Source: an uncultured delta proteobacterium (GTDB taxonomy: Bacteria; Desulfobacterota; Desulfomonilia; UBA1062). Taken from it: a stretch of 64,000 bases of DNA. The notes beneath the pieces are model-generated. The model ran no database searches. It was not told the origin of the DNA and worked only from the letters and a program-made list of their open reading frames with translations. The stretch lies in the NCBI GenBank assembly GCA_963847605.1, contig CAWKAM010000001.1:78351-142350 (forward strand). The letters run 5' to 3'. Position numbers and translations under genes: made by a program. The first letter of the stretch is position 1. Every line of letters begins with the position of its first letter. This document shows, piece by piece, positions 1 to 10,085 of this stretch.

Positions 1-2
1 AA

Positions 3-164
3 GTGGATGACAACGACAAATGGCAGGCCGCAACCTTAGGCATAACACTCGTGAGCAATGATGCAGGATTCGTCAATTCAGTGATCGACAAGATCATTCA
101 AGGCATTGAAGATAACGGCGAAGTAGAGATGCTCTCCAGCAGGATAGAGATTATACACATATGA
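3..164 (+). CDS. C-terminal fragment of a DUF503 (YlxP-like) protein, truncated at the window start
   Basis: Frame-3 ORF ending ...NSVIDKIIQGIEDNGEVEMLSSRIEIIHI*. Resembles the C-terminus of YlxP/DUF503, which typically precedes rbfA. Overlaps the rbfA start by 4 nt. Confidence 0.5.
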   Translation: MDDNDKWQAATLGITLVSNDAGFVNSVIDKIIQGIEDNGEVEMLSSRIEIIHI

Positions 165-523
165 AGATCTTAAGTGTACGGCAAGCCCGGGTGGGCGATC
201 TCCTCAAGCAGACCATCGCAGAAATGATCCACCGCAAGGTCAAGGATCCACGGGTGGAAGGGATCACCATTACGGGAGTTGATGTGAGTGTGGATCTGAA
301 GAACGCTCGCATCTTTTTTTGTTTGATAGACACATCGAGGAAAGACGAGGCCTTGGATGGGCTCAAGAGCGCAGCAGGGTTCTTGCGGCATGAACTCAAG
401 AAGGAACTGAGCCTGAGGGCCGTGCCGAGCCTGTTCTTTTCCTTTGATGAATCCTTCGATTATGGCTCCAAGATAGATGGTATCCTCGAGACCATTGGCA
501 AACATGAAGACCAGGATAGCTGA
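161..523 (+). CDS. rbfA: ribosome-binding factor A
   Basis: 120 aa. MKILSVRQARVGDLLKQTIAEMI...GITITGVDVSVDLKNARIFF is the typical RbfA KH fold. Sits in the conserved rbfA-truB-rpsO-pnp context. Confidence 0.9.
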   Translation: MKILSVRQARVGDLLKQTIAEMIHRKVKDPRVEGITITGVDVSVDLKNARIFFCLIDTSRKDEALDGLKSAAGFLRHELKKELSLRAVPSLFFSFDESFDYGSKIDGILETIGKHEDQDS

Positions 524-1424
524 GATCATACAAGAGCACCTCTCCTTCGAGATTATCACGCATGAGAGCCCGGACGAGGACGCCGTTGGCGCGGCAAGGG
601 CTTTGGGTCTCGCGCTTGTTGCCTTGGGGAAATCTGTCTGTCTTATCTATCCTACCCCCATTCCCGCTGCACTCACCTTTACCGATACGCCGGTAGAACA
701 AGACATTGATGCGCCTGAGATCTCCATCATGGTGGATGTCTCGGATATGGCTATGATCAAGAAGGTTAAGCCCAGGGGCAAGCTCGTGGTGATCGATCAT
801 CACAGGACAACAGGAGATATAGGATATGCCTCCTGGATCGATCCCGAGAGATCCTCGACCTGTGAGATGGTGTATGCTCTTCTGGGCGAGCTGAAGGCAT
901 CGATCACACCTTCGATTGCCTCGAACCTCTATATGGGACTCTTCGGAGACACTGGGGGGTTCATCCATGCAAACACAAACGCATACATCTTTCAAATAGC
1001 GCACGAGCTGACCGTTTCGGGAGCAGAACCGCACAAAATTGCCTACCGGCTTAAAAAGACCAAAGCCATTGCCTTCTATCGCATCCTCTGCACGGTGATG
1101 AATCGCATGGTCATTCGTGGCGGCCTCTTTGCCAGCTATATATCTTTCGAAGAGGTCAAGGAGTTTAACGCCCGGCCTGAGGATGCATCCGGGATCGTGG
1201 AGGAGATGGCGTCCATAGCAGGCTCCAACCTTATTATTTTTATTAAAGAGCTGCAAGAAGGCTCTGTCCACTGCTCCATCAGGAGCAAGGTCGCGGACGC
1301 CGCCCTGAAGACCGCCAGCGCCTTCGGAGGCGGAGGGCATGGCCTGGCGGCAGGCTTCACAGTGAAAGGCAAACCGGCAGACCTCATTCATGAAGTCATC
1401 AAGGAAGGTCTCAAGTGGCTTTAG
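504..1424 (+). CDS. nrnA: DHH-family phosphoesterase (NrnA-like oligoribonuclease/pAp phosphatase)
   Basis: DHH motif (VVIDHHRTTGD) and a C-terminal DHHA1 GGGH motif (FGGGGHGLAAGF). The ORF-track start at 477 overlaps rbfA. The internal ATG at 504 (MKTRIAEII...) is the more likely start. Confidence 0.8.
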   Translation: MKTRIAEIIQEHLSFEIITHESPDEDAVGAARALGLALVALGKSVCLIYPTPIPAALTFTDTPVEQDIDAPEISIMVDVSDMAMIKKVKPRGKLVVIDHHRTTGDIGYASWIDPERSSTCEMVYALLGELKASITPSIASNLYMGLFGDTGGFIHANTNAYIFQIAHELTVSGAEPHKIAYRLKKTKAIAFYRILCTVMNRMVIRGGLFASYISFEEVKEFNARPEDASGIVEEMASIAGSNLIIFIKELQEGSVHCSIRSKVADAALKTASAFGGGGHGLAAGFTVKGKPADLIHEVIKEGLKWL

Positions 1425-2308
1425 ACGGCATCGTGCTTATTGACAAGCCCAAGGACATCACCTCTCGCAAGGCTGTGGATAAGGTAATGGACATCCTGAA
1501 GGTAAAGAGGGCGGGCCATTTCGGTTCTCTTGATCCATTCGCCACAGGTCTGCTCTGTCTCGGCATTGGTCAAGGCACGAAGCTCCTGCCTTTCATGCAG
1601 ACCCATCAGAAGGAATATATCGCGCTGATCGGATTTGAGATGTCCACAGATACGGATGATGTAACCGGCAAAGTTACAAAGCGGTTTGACTCTGTATCTA
1701 TTGATCTGGGCAAGCTGACGGCATGGTTCGATGAAAATAGGGGGTGGATCAATCAGCTCCCGCCGGACTATTGTGCCCAGAAGCTCAACGGTAAACCCCT
1801 CTATAAGCTTAAAAGGGCCAACAAGGAAGTGAATCCCAGACCCAAGCAGGTCAACCTCGAAGATGCCGAGATTCTCCAAACGGGTCCTGACTGGGCCAGT
1901 GTCCGTATCATTTGCTCAAGGGGCACCTACATCAGGTCAATAGCCAGGGACCTTGGCTTGCATCTTGGATACGGGGGATACCTGCGGGAACTCAAGAGGA
2001 TACGAAGCGAGGGGTTCAGCATTGAGCATGCAACCAGTCTCGACGAGCTGGTAAGGCTCGGGGAGCAGGCCGTTATCCCTCTTATAGATGCGCTTAACAT
2101 CCCCAAGGCACGTGTGACGGAAATGGGCGAGCGGGGGGTCAGGGATGGACAGTCCATCCAGTTGTCTTGGGTCATCGATGATGTGGCGGCGCCCGAGGGC
2201 ACATACGTGGCAGTGCTGAACATGCACGGGATCCTCCTCTGTATAGCAAGGGTGAACCGAGAGGGAGGCATCTGGGGACATATCTCCAGGGGTTTCAAGC
2301 CCTATTAG
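1415..2308 (+). CDS. truB: tRNA pseudouridine(55) synthase
   Basis: GHFGSLDPFATGLL catalytic motif plus a PUA-like C-terminus. 10-nt overlap with the upstream gene. Confidence 0.9.
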   Translation: MALDGIVLIDKPKDITSRKAVDKVMDILKVKRAGHFGSLDPFATGLLCLGIGQGTKLLPFMQTHQKEYIALIGFEMSTDTDDVTGKVTKRFDSVSIDLGKLTAWFDENRGWINQLPPDYCAQKLNGKPLYKLKRANKEVNPRPKQVNLEDAEILQTGPDWASVRIICSRGTYIRSIARDLGLHLGYGGYLRELKRIRSEGFSIEHATSLDELVRLGEQAVIPLIDALNIPKARVTEMGERGVRDGQSIQLSWVIDDVAAPEGTYVAVLNMHGILLCIARVNREGGIWGHISRGFKPY

Positions 2309-2427
2309 CTATTTACAGCAGAAATTAAGGTGTGGTAAGCTCCTGATCTTATTTTGACGGGAAACGTGTGTGAAGAGACAGTGAAATAGAAAAAATAGGA
2401 CGCATATATACCCAGGAGGATTACGAA

Positions 2428-2697
2428 GTGGCTTTACATGCAGAGGAAAAAAAGCAGATTATCGATCAGTACAAGAGAAATGAGAATGATACCGGCTCCC
2501 CCGATGTCCAAGTGGCGATCCTTACCAAGAGGATCAATGATCTCACCGAGCATTTTAAGATTCACAAGAAGGATCATCACTCCCGCCGCGGCCTCCTCAT
2601 GCTCGTCGGGCAGAGGAGAAGGCTTTTAAATTACCTTCGTGATCATGATATCAAACGTTACCGCGAGCTTGTTCAGACATTGAACCTCCGGAAATAA
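2428..2697 (+). CDS. rpsO: 30S ribosomal protein S15
   Basis: 89 aa with a GTG start. [57 protein letters not shown] is the canonical S15 sequence. Confidence 0.95.
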   Translation: MALHAEEKKQIIDQYKRNENDTGSPDVQVAILTKRINDLTEHFKIHKKDHHSRRGLLMLVGQRRRLLNYLRDHDIKRYRELVQTLNLRK

Positions 2698-2720
2698 TGA
2701 CATAGGAAGCCAGAGAGAAC

Positions 2721-4808
2721 ATGAAAATACAGGCAAAAGGGACAGGGCTCCCTCTCATATTTGAAGTCGGAACGGTAGCCAGACAGGCAGATGGCGCAGT
2801 CCTTGTTCATCAAGGAGACAGTGTGGTTCTCGTCACAGCTACTGTAGCTAAGGAAGAACGTAAGGGTGTGGATTTTCTGCCACTCGTGGTCGAGTACCAG
2901 GAGATGAGCTATGCAGCAGGCAGGATCAAGGGCGGATTTATCAAGCGGGACGGCAGGCCGGGTGCCCAGGAGATATTAACGGCACGGTGTATCGACAGGC
3001 CTATCCGCCCCCTCTTCCCATCCAACTTCCATAATGAATTACAGATCATCGCAATGGTGCTCTCCGCCGACCCGGCATGTACCCCGGATGTCATGGCGGT
3101 CAATGGGGCTTCTGCCGCGCTGCATATATCAAGCATACCATTTTTAGAGCCTGTGGGAGGTGCTCGTGTCGGCCTGATCAATGGTGAATTCATCATCGAC
3201 CCCTCAGTGGCACAGCTGGAAAGCAGTTCCTTGGATCTGCTGGTAGTAGGCACAAGGAACGCCATTGTAATGGTGGAGGGCGAGGCGAATGAACTCTCCG
3301 AAAGCACAATAATTGATGCGATCTCATTTGCCCACAAGAGGATCATAGAGGTAGTAGAGGCAATTGAGGAGCTTGGAAGGGCCGTCGGCAAGGAAAAGAT
3401 AAAGATTGCCTCCCCACAGGAGAACCCGGTGCTCTTCGATGAGATCATGAAAATGGCATCTCCCCGTTTCGAGCAGATCATCGCAGGGGCCAACTCAAAA
3501 CAGGCCCGACAGGCCCTTATTGAACAACTGAAAGAGGATGTGCTGAAGGCCTTTGCCGATGACACCGAAGACCGCCAGTCTTTTGTGAAAGAGGCCTTTT
3601 CCGAGGTGGAAAAGAAAACCATTCGTTCTTTGATGAAGGCCAGGCGCAGTCGCATCGACGGCAGGGGATTTGACGATATCCGCACTATCGATTGCATGGT
3701 TGGGATCCTTCCTCGTACCCACGGCTCGGCGCTTTTTACCCGCGGCGAAACCCAGGCACTCGCCACCACGACGCTTGGAACACCAAGGGATGAACAGAGG
3801 GTGGAGACATTACTCGGTGAGACAACGAAATCCTTCATGCTCCATTACTCCTTCCCTCCCTTTTCCGTGGGAGAGGTGAGGATGCTCAGAGGACCCAGCA
3901 GGCGGGAGATCGGGCATGGAAACCTTGCGGAGAGGGCACTGAGCAAGGTCCTTCCAGAGGAAGGCGTTTTCCCCTATACTATCCGTCTTGTCTCGGAGAT
4001 CCTCGAATCCAATGGCTCATCCTCAATGGCTACGGTTTGCGGCGGGTCCATGTCTTTGATGGATGCCGGGGTACCGGTAAAAAAGCCTGTTGCCGGCATT
4101 GCCATGGGGCTTCTGAAGGAGGGCGACGAATATATGGTCCTCTCCGACATCTTGGGTGATGAAGATCATATCGGTGACATGGATTTCAAAGTCGCCGGCA
4201 CTACTGACGGTATAACCGCACTACAGATGGACATCAAGATATCCGGCATCCCGGAGGTAGTGTTACGCGATGCCCTTGAAAAGGCCCGCATAGGAAGACT
4301 CTCTATCTTAGAGAAGATGGGCATGGCCATTGCCGCACCTAAATCGGTAATATCTCCTTATGCCCCCAGGATCTATACCTTGCACATCAATCCGGAAAAG
4401 ATTCGCGATATCATCGGCCCAGGCGGCAAGGTAATCAAAGACATCACCGCCAGGACGGACACCAAGATCGAGATCGATGATTCCGGCAGGGTGGACATCT
4501 TCTCTCCGGACGAGGATCACGCTAAGATGGCTGTCGACATGATCCAAGCACTCACCAAGGAACTTGAGATCGGCCGTGTATACAGCGGCAAGGTAGTGAA
4601 GATCATGGATTTCGGGGCATTTGTTGATTTCCCCTCCGGAGAGTCAGGCCTCGTTCATATCTCTCAGCTCTCCAACGAGCGTGTCAAGAATGTTCGGGAC
4701 GTGGTCAAGGAGGGGGATGAAATCCTTGTCAAGGTCATCGGAATTGATTCTAAGACAGGGAAGATTCGTTTATCACGCAAGGAAGCCCTGAGCGAAACCA
4801 GCCACTGA
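2721..4808 (+). CDS. pnp: polynucleotide phosphorylase / polyadenylase
   Basis: 695 aa with two RNase PH domains plus KH and S1 domains (…GRVYSGKVVKIMDFGAFVDF…). Lies immediately downstream of rpsO. Confidence 0.95.
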   Translation: MKIQAKGTGLPLIFEVGTVARQADGAVLVHQGDSVVLVTATVAKEERKGVDFLPLVVEYQEMSYAAGRIKGGFIKRDGRPGAQEILTARCIDRPIRPLFPSNFHNELQIIAMVLSADPACTPDVMAVNGASAALHISSIPFLEPVGGARVGLINGEFIIDPSVAQLESSSLDLLVVGTRNAIVMVEGEANELSESTIIDAISFAHKRIIEVVEAIEELGRAVGKEKIKIASPQENPVLFDEIMKMASPRFEQIIAGANSKQARQALIEQLKEDVLKAFADDTEDRQSFVKEAFSEVEKKTIRSLMKARRSRIDGRGFDDIRTIDCMVGILPRTHGSALFTRGETQALATTTLGTPRDEQRVETLLGETTKSFMLHYSFPPFSVGEVRMLRGPSRREIGHGNLAERALSKVLPEEGVFPYTIRLVSEILESNGSSSMATVCGGSMSLMDAGVPVKKPVAGIAMGLLKEGDEYMVLSDILGDEDHIGDMDFKVAGTTDGITALQMDIKISGIPEVVLRDALEKARIGRLSILEKMGMAIAAPKSVISPYAPRIYTLHINPEKIRDIIGPGGKVIKDITARTDTKIEIDDSGRVDIFSPDEDHAKMAVDMIQALTKELEIGRVYSGKVVKIMDFGAFVDFPSGESGLVHISQLSNERVKNVRDVVKEGDEILVKVIGIDSKTGKIRLSRKEALSETSH

Positions 4809-4815
4809 CGCTTAA

Positions 4816-6075
4816 ATGATCAACTCCACGCTCCTTCCCAACGGTGTCAGAATCCTGACCGAGTATATGCCTGGTATCCGATCGGTTTCCTTAGGCGTAT
4901 GGGTGAATGTGGGCTCTCGCAATGATCCTCCGAAGGATCGCGGGATCGCCCATTTCACCGAGCATATGTTATTCAAGGGGACAAAGCGTCGCTCCGCCAT
5001 TCAGATAGCCAAAGAGATCGATGCCCTGGGCGGACACTTGAACGCACAGACTGCGAAAGAGTATACCGTATACTACACCAAGGTGCTTGATGAACATCTC
5101 TTCAAGGCTGCAGACATCCTCTATGATCTTTTTCTCAATGCAGAGATCAACCCTGATGAACTGGAAAAGGAAAAAAAGGTCGTGCTCCAGGAGATCAGGA
5201 TGACTGAAGACACGCCGGACGATTACATCACAGATCTCTTTGCCGAGGCCTTTTTCCATGACACGACGCTGGGGATCTCTATCCTCGGGACCATTGAGCA
5301 TGTGGGATTTTTCGGTAGGCAGAGCATCATTGAATTCTTAAACACCTCATATGCACCGGATTCCATCATTGTTGCCGGGGCCGGCAACCTCGATCACCAT
5401 GAATTGGTGAATTTCACCACGCCCCTGTTCGAAGGGATGAATCAAAGGCAAGGCCGCTATGACGAACAGATCCCGGACTCCTTAAGTGGAGTGAGGAAGA
5501 TGTACTATAAAGATATCGAGCAGGTCCACTTCACCTTGGGGACTACCGGCTCCGCCATGAACGACGAGAGGCGCTGGGCCTACATTGTGCTCAACACCAT
5601 GCTCGGCGGGAGCATGAGCTCAATGCTCTTTCAGGAGGCCAGGGAAGAGTTGGGTCTTGTATATTCCATTTATTCATTTCTCAACGCATACCGCGACTGT
5701 GGGGTTTTGGCCATCTATGCAGCATGCACGCCAGAGAACGTAAACAAGACCCTGGAAGTGATCAGTACCCAGATGAAGAGGATCAAATCCGGGGATCTTA
5801 AAGACATGAAGCTTGAGGACATCAAGGCGCAGATCAAAGGAAATCTGCTCCTTGCCAGAGAAAGCTCGGTGAACAGGATGTCGTCGATGGCAAAGAATGA
5901 GGTCTACTACGGGCGCGAGATAACTGTGGAAGAGGTCATGGAAAAGCTCCAGGCAGTCAGTCTCGATGATATCGTGGCCTTGGCCAACGATATTTTCATT
6001 GAGGACAAGCTCACGTTTGTCTCTTTGGGCAGAATCGATCAGAATACGATTCAGTGGACTCCGGTCTCTTCATAA
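4816..6075 (+). CDS. M16-family zinc peptidase (pitrilysin-like)
   Basis: Inverted zinc-binding motif HFTEHMLFKGT (HxxEH). 419 aa. Common downstream of pnp. Confidence 0.85.
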   Translation: MINSTLLPNGVRILTEYMPGIRSVSLGVWVNVGSRNDPPKDRGIAHFTEHMLFKGTKRRSAIQIAKEIDALGGHLNAQTAKEYTVYYTKVLDEHLFKAADILYDLFLNAEINPDELEKEKKVVLQEIRMTEDTPDDYITDLFAEAFFHDTTLGISILGTIEHVGFFGRQSIIEFLNTSYAPDSIIVAGAGNLDHHELVNFTTPLFEGMNQRQGRYDEQIPDSLSGVRKMYYKDIEQVHFTLGTTGSAMNDERRWAYIVLNTMLGGSMSSMLFQEAREELGLVYSIYSFLNAYRDCGVLAIYAACTPENVNKTLEVISTQMKRIKSGDLKDMKLEDIKAQIKGNLLLARESSVNRMSSMAKNEVYYGREITVEEVMEKLQAVSLDDIVALANDIFIEDKLTFVSLGRIDQNTIQWTPVSS

Positions 6076-6078
6076 GGC

Positions 6079-6435
6079 TTATACAGAGGCTTGCCTGGTG
6101 GAGGTGTGCATCACCCCCCTGCACCTGGAATCGATAATCTTTCGCCATGCAGATCGATCTTTATTCTCAATGGTGATCCCGATCCGGTAAGTCGATTCTT
6201 CTATAGTATACCAAGCGAGGGTCCCTTCCATGAGCTTATTGTCGATGCTGATCGATATGGCTTTATCGAGCATATCCATCAGGCTTACCTGTATACGGCT
6301 CGTCGGGAAAGCACATGTCAAGCCGCTACCTGACACTTCGCCCACAGAGCACTGGATATAGCCGTCGCCTATCTTGCAGCCTGCTGTCATGGATTCAACT
6401 TGAAAGTGCCTGGGGCTCCATCCGAAGAGATTCAT
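6079..6435 (-). CDS. hypothetical protein (possible small beta-barrel; weak MOSC-like IGDG...PC pattern)
   Basis: 118-aa ORF. Competes with an equally unconvincing 80-aa plus-strand ORF at 6091..6333. No recognisable catalytic motif. Confidence 0.3.
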   Translation of the reverse strand: MNLFGWSPRHFQVESMTAGCKIGDGYIQCSVGEVSGSGLTCAFPTSRIQVSLMDMLDKAISISIDNKLMEGTLAWYTIEESTYRIGITIENKDRSAWRKIIDSRCRGVMHTSTRQASV

Positions 6436-6482
6436 GTTAATCCTTGCCTCTCTGGTGTGTTTTTATATATCTTTCGGCAGGA

Positions 6483-7229
6483 ATGGTGCATGACATGAGG
6501 AATATCAAATGTGTAATCGCATATGATGGAGCAGGCTTCTTTGGATGGCAGATTCAGGACGGGGCCAGGACCGTTCAGGAGACCATAGAAGGGGCGCTTC
6601 ACGTGATCTTAAGCCATCCTGTCCGTGTTGCAGCCTCCGGCCGTACCGATACGGGCGTTCATGCCTTTGCACAGGTGATCAATTTCCCGACCCAATCCAC
6701 TATACCGACAGATGGACTTGTCCGCGGGCTGAACTCGATATTACCCGGTGATATTGCAATCCTTTCTGCCGAGGATGCCGCCCCGGAGTTTCATGCGCAA
6801 TACATGGCCAAATCCAAGACGTATGTTTATGTCATGGATACCTCACCGGTGAGGAACCCTTTCTTGGAGCGATATGCCTTGCACGTGGAGGGACCGCTTG
6901 ACAGTGTCTCCATGCAGGAAGCGGCCGGTTTCTTACTCGGCGAGCATGATTTTGCATCCTTTAAGGCTGCAGGCTCTCCTGTAAAGACCACCACCCGCAT
7001 CATCACTACATCCGAGGTTATAAAAACGGGGAACAAGGTGTTTTTCTGGATGCAAGGTAGCGGATTTTTACGGCATATGGTAAGAAACATTGTTGGCACA
7101 TTGCTGCTGGTGGGCAAGGAAAAGCTTGTACCGGAAGACTTACAACGGATCATGGCGCTCAAGGATAGGGCCTTTGCCGGACCCACAGCCCCACCCCAGG
7201 GCCTGTATCTCGTGAGCGTGGAGTATTAA
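6483..7229 (+). CDS. truA: tRNA pseudouridine(38-40) synthase
   Basis: MRNIKCVIAYDGAGFFGWQIQ...RTDTGVHA carries the catalytic Asp motif. The ORF-track start at 6444 is probably too long. ATG candidates at 6483 and 6495. Confidence 0.88.
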   Translation: MVHDMRNIKCVIAYDGAGFFGWQIQDGARTVQETIEGALHVILSHPVRVAASGRTDTGVHAFAQVINFPTQSTIPTDGLVRGLNSILPGDIAILSAEDAAPEFHAQYMAKSKTYVYVMDTSPVRNPFLERYALHVEGPLDSVSMQEAAGFLLGEHDFASFKAAGSPVKTTTRIITTSEVIKTGNKVFFWMQGSGFLRHMVRNIVGTLLLVGKEKLVPEDLQRIMALKDRAFAGPTAPPQGLYLVSVEY

Positions 7230-7343
7230 AAAGCCGGTTCATGAAAGGTTGTTTTGGTCAGATGTCTAGACCGAGAGCATGTTCAGGCTCACAAAGATGA
7301 TGAACAAACAGGATAAGTAATAGGCATCATAGGGAGGAGATTC

Positions 7344-8363
7344 ATGACAAAGGTCCTCATTACTGGTGGTTGTGGCTTTATAGGAACGAACCTTATTAAG
7401 TATATCTTGAATGATAGACCCCAGTGGAAGGTGGTCAATCTTGATCTGTTGACCTATGCGGGAAACCTGGAAAATACGGCCGGCCTAGAGAAGGACTATC
7501 CATCCAGATATTCATTTATCAGAGGAGACATTGCCGAGCCCGGGTTTGTGGAGGATCTTTTCAAGCAAAACAAATTTGACTTGGTACTGAATCTCGCGGC
7601 TGAGAGCCATGTGGATAGGAGTATCGAAGGGGCCGGGGTATTCGTTCGGACCAACGTAGTCGGTGTCCAGGTTTTGCTGGATGCCGCCCTCAAGCATGGG
7701 GTAAAGCGATTTTTACAGGTCTCCACCGATGAGGTTTATGGGAGCCTTGGAAGCCAGGGCAGTTTTAGAGAAGATCTACCCATGGCACCCAACAGCCCTT
7801 ACTCCGCCTCCAAGGCGGCTGCCGACCTCTTGGTGAGGGCCTATATCAAGACCCACGGCATGGATGCTGTGATCACACGGTGTTCTAATAACTACGGTCC
7901 TTATCAGTTTCCTGAAAAGCTTATCCCGTTGATGGTGGTGAATGCACTGAATAATAAAGAGCTGCCTGTTTACGGGAAAGGTAAAAACGTGAGGGATTGG
8001 ATCTATGTGGAGGATCACTGCAGAGGTATCGTCACCGTGGCGGAAAAGGGTATGAAGGGAGAGGTATATAATCTTGGAGGCGGATCGGAGAAGGAGAACA
8101 TCGAGATTGTGCAAACCATCTTGGGGCATCTGGACAAGCCCGAAACATTGATCCGCTTCGTGAAGGACAGGCCAGGTCATGACTTTCGGTATTCCATGGA
8201 TTATTCGAAGATCGCCCGCGAGCTCGGGTGGGGGCCTTCCATAGATTTCGCCCATGGGCTTTCCTCCACGATAGACTGGTACCTCGCTAATAAGCCTTGG
8301 TGGGAAAGGATCATGTCCGGTGACTACATAAGCTATTATGAAAGGATGTACGGCAACCGATGA
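7344..8363 (+). CDS. rfbB: dTDP-glucose 4,6-dehydratase
   Basis: MTKVLITGGCGFIGTN Rossmann motif and a YxxxK SDR motif (YSASKAAAD). 339 aa. Confidence 0.9.
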   Translation: MTKVLITGGCGFIGTNLIKYILNDRPQWKVVNLDLLTYAGNLENTAGLEKDYPSRYSFIRGDIAEPGFVEDLFKQNKFDLVLNLAAESHVDRSIEGAGVFVRTNVVGVQVLLDAALKHGVKRFLQVSTDEVYGSLGSQGSFREDLPMAPNSPYSASKAAADLLVRAYIKTHGMDAVITRCSNNYGPYQFPEKLIPLMVVNALNNKELPVYGKGKNVRDWIYVEDHCRGIVTVAEKGMKGEVYNLGGGSEKENIEIVQTILGHLDKPETLIRFVKDRPGHDFRYSMDYSKIARELGWGPSIDFAHGLSSTIDWYLANKPWWERIMSGDYISYYERMYGNR

Positions 8364-9235
8364 GAGTGCTTGTGACCGGAGCCAGGGGCATGCTGGGAAG
8401 AGATGTCGTGAAGGACTTGGAGATACACGGACATGAGGTCTGGGGAACGGATATCACATCAAATGATAACCGGCTTGACATCACCCGGCAGGATCAGATC
8501 AGGTATGCCATTACCTCCTTCCGTCCCGCATGGGTAATCAATTGTTCAGCGTATACGAATGTCGATGGCGCTGAGAAACACGAGGAAGAAGCGCTTACGC
8601 TCAATGCAAAAGGCCCGGAACTTCTGGCGCTTGCTTGCAGGAAGATTAAAGTAAAACTTCTTCATATCAGCACCGACTATGTCTTCGATGGGACCAAGGG
8701 GTCACCATATATCGAAGAGGACCTTCCGAACCCTATAAATGCCTACGGCGTGAGCAAGCTCGCAGGCGAGAATGCCATCAGGCATCAGATGGATGATTAC
8801 GTCATCATCAGGACACAATGGCTCATAGGACTTTATGGGAGGAACTTCGTATCGACGATTATTTCTGCCGCTCAGATCAATGAAAGTATCCGTGTCGTGA
8901 ACGATCAATGGGGCTCACCAACGTTTGCCTTCGACTTGGCAAAGGCGATAACCCAGCTTATGGAAATCGATGCGCGGGGAATATTCCATGTGTGCAATAG
9001 AGGCAAGGCCACATGGTACGATCTGGCAAGCAGAACAATAGAGTTTGTAGGCTTGGGCACAAAGGTGATACCGATAAGCACGAAAGAATATCCCCTGCCG
9101 GCAATAAGGCCTGCCTATTCGATCCTTTCAACGAAAAAGTTCACTACAAAAACCGGCAAGCTCATGCCCATATGGCAGACATCCTTAGAAAACTTTGTGC
9201 ATGAGTATCTGCAGCATGCAAAAGGAGCGGCATAA
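8360..9235 (+). CDS. rfbD: dTDP-4-dehydrorhamnose reductase
   Basis: MRVLVTGARGMLGRDV N-terminus and a YGVSKLAGE motif. ATGA overlap with rfbB. Confidence 0.85.
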   Translation: MRVLVTGARGMLGRDVVKDLEIHGHEVWGTDITSNDNRLDITRQDQIRYAITSFRPAWVINCSAYTNVDGAEKHEEEALTLNAKGPELLALACRKIKVKLLHISTDYVFDGTKGSPYIEEDLPNPINAYGVSKLAGENAIRHQMDDYVIIRTQWLIGLYGRNFVSTIISAAQINESIRVVNDQWGSPTFAFDLAKAITQLMEIDARGIFHVCNRGKATWYDLASRTIEFVGLGTKVIPISTKEYPLPAIRPAYSILSTKKFTTKTGKLMPIWQTSLENFVHEYLQHAKGAA

Positions 9236-9452
9236 GGGTTTAAGCGTATTCTCCTTTGTTTTGACGAATGGCTTAAGGGATGCGGCATAGAGGCACTCCT
9301 CCTCCAAGCATCCATGGTATTCAAAGATGATGAGAATCATCTTTAGGAAAACGTGCAATTCTGTTAAACAGTGCATGGGCAGCTTAATTAATTAAGAAAA
9401 CTTTTAAGGGTCCTTAGAAACAGCAACTATAGTGTCACAAAGGAGGAGAATT

Positions 9453-10076
9453 TTGAGTAAGGACAAGAATAAGAGTGCTGCAAGGGATTGGGCAGAGGCC
9501 CTCGTAGTCGCCTTTGTGATAGCTATGTTTATCCGGGCCTTCATTCTCCAGGCCTACAGGATACCCTCCTCCTCCATGGAAGATACCCTGCTGAAAGGTG
9601 ATCATATCCTTGCCACCAAGTTCACTTATGGACTCACTATGCCGTTTACAACCAAGAAGATATGGGGATCCGACAAGATTCCGGCCAGAGGAGACGTCAT
9701 CATCTTTACCTTCCCGGTGAACCATGACATGGATTTTGTAAAAAGGGTGATCGGCCTGCCAGGTGATGTGATTGAGATCAAAGATAAGAAGGTGTTCCTC
9801 AATGGAAAGCGCTTTGAGATCCCGAATGAAAAATACACAGACCCCTTTTCCATCAATATCGGAACTAACAAGGTAAGGGATTTCTTTGGCCCGATAACGG
9901 TAAGTCCCTGGCATGTCTTTGTGATGGGAGACAACAGAGATCAAAGCTATGACAGCCGTTTTTGGGGACAAGTCCCCATAGAGAACATCAAAGGCAGGGC
10001 ATTCATCATCTATTTCTCATGGACAAGTGAAAATCCTTGGATACGTTACTGGCGCATAGGTCATCTCGTGCACTAG
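9453..10076 (+). CDS. lepB: signal peptidase I
   Basis: SSSMEDTLLKGDHILATKF (catalytic Ser box), VKRVIGLPGD and GDNRDQSYDSR motifs. Probable TTG start at 9453, 6 nt after AGGAGG (9441-9446). The ORF track reports 9432 in the same frame. Confidence 0.85.
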   Translation: MSKDKNKSAARDWAEALVVAFVIAMFIRAFILQAYRIPSSSMEDTLLKGDHILATKFTYGLTMPFTTKKIWGSDKIPARGDVIIFTFPVNHDMDFVKRVIGLPGDVIEIKDKKVFLNGKRFEIPNEKYTDPFSINIGTNKVRDFFGPITVSPWHVFVMGDNRDQSYDSRFWGQVPIENIKGRAFIIYFSWTSENPWIRYWRIGHLVH

Positions 10077-10085
10077 GAGTCGGAT

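Noticed and set aside
6091-6333. 80-aa plus-strand ORF overlapping the 6079..6435 minus-strand ORF
   Set aside because: No RBS, no motif, and it conflicts with the slightly longer minus-strand ORF. Neither is convincing. Only the minus-strand one was kept, at low confidence.
9383-9396. Perfect 14-bp palindrome CTTAATTAATTAAG ~57 nt upstream of lepB
   Set aside because: It is an AT-only palindrome in an AT-rich promoter region. Chance occurrence is plausible and it has no partner site.
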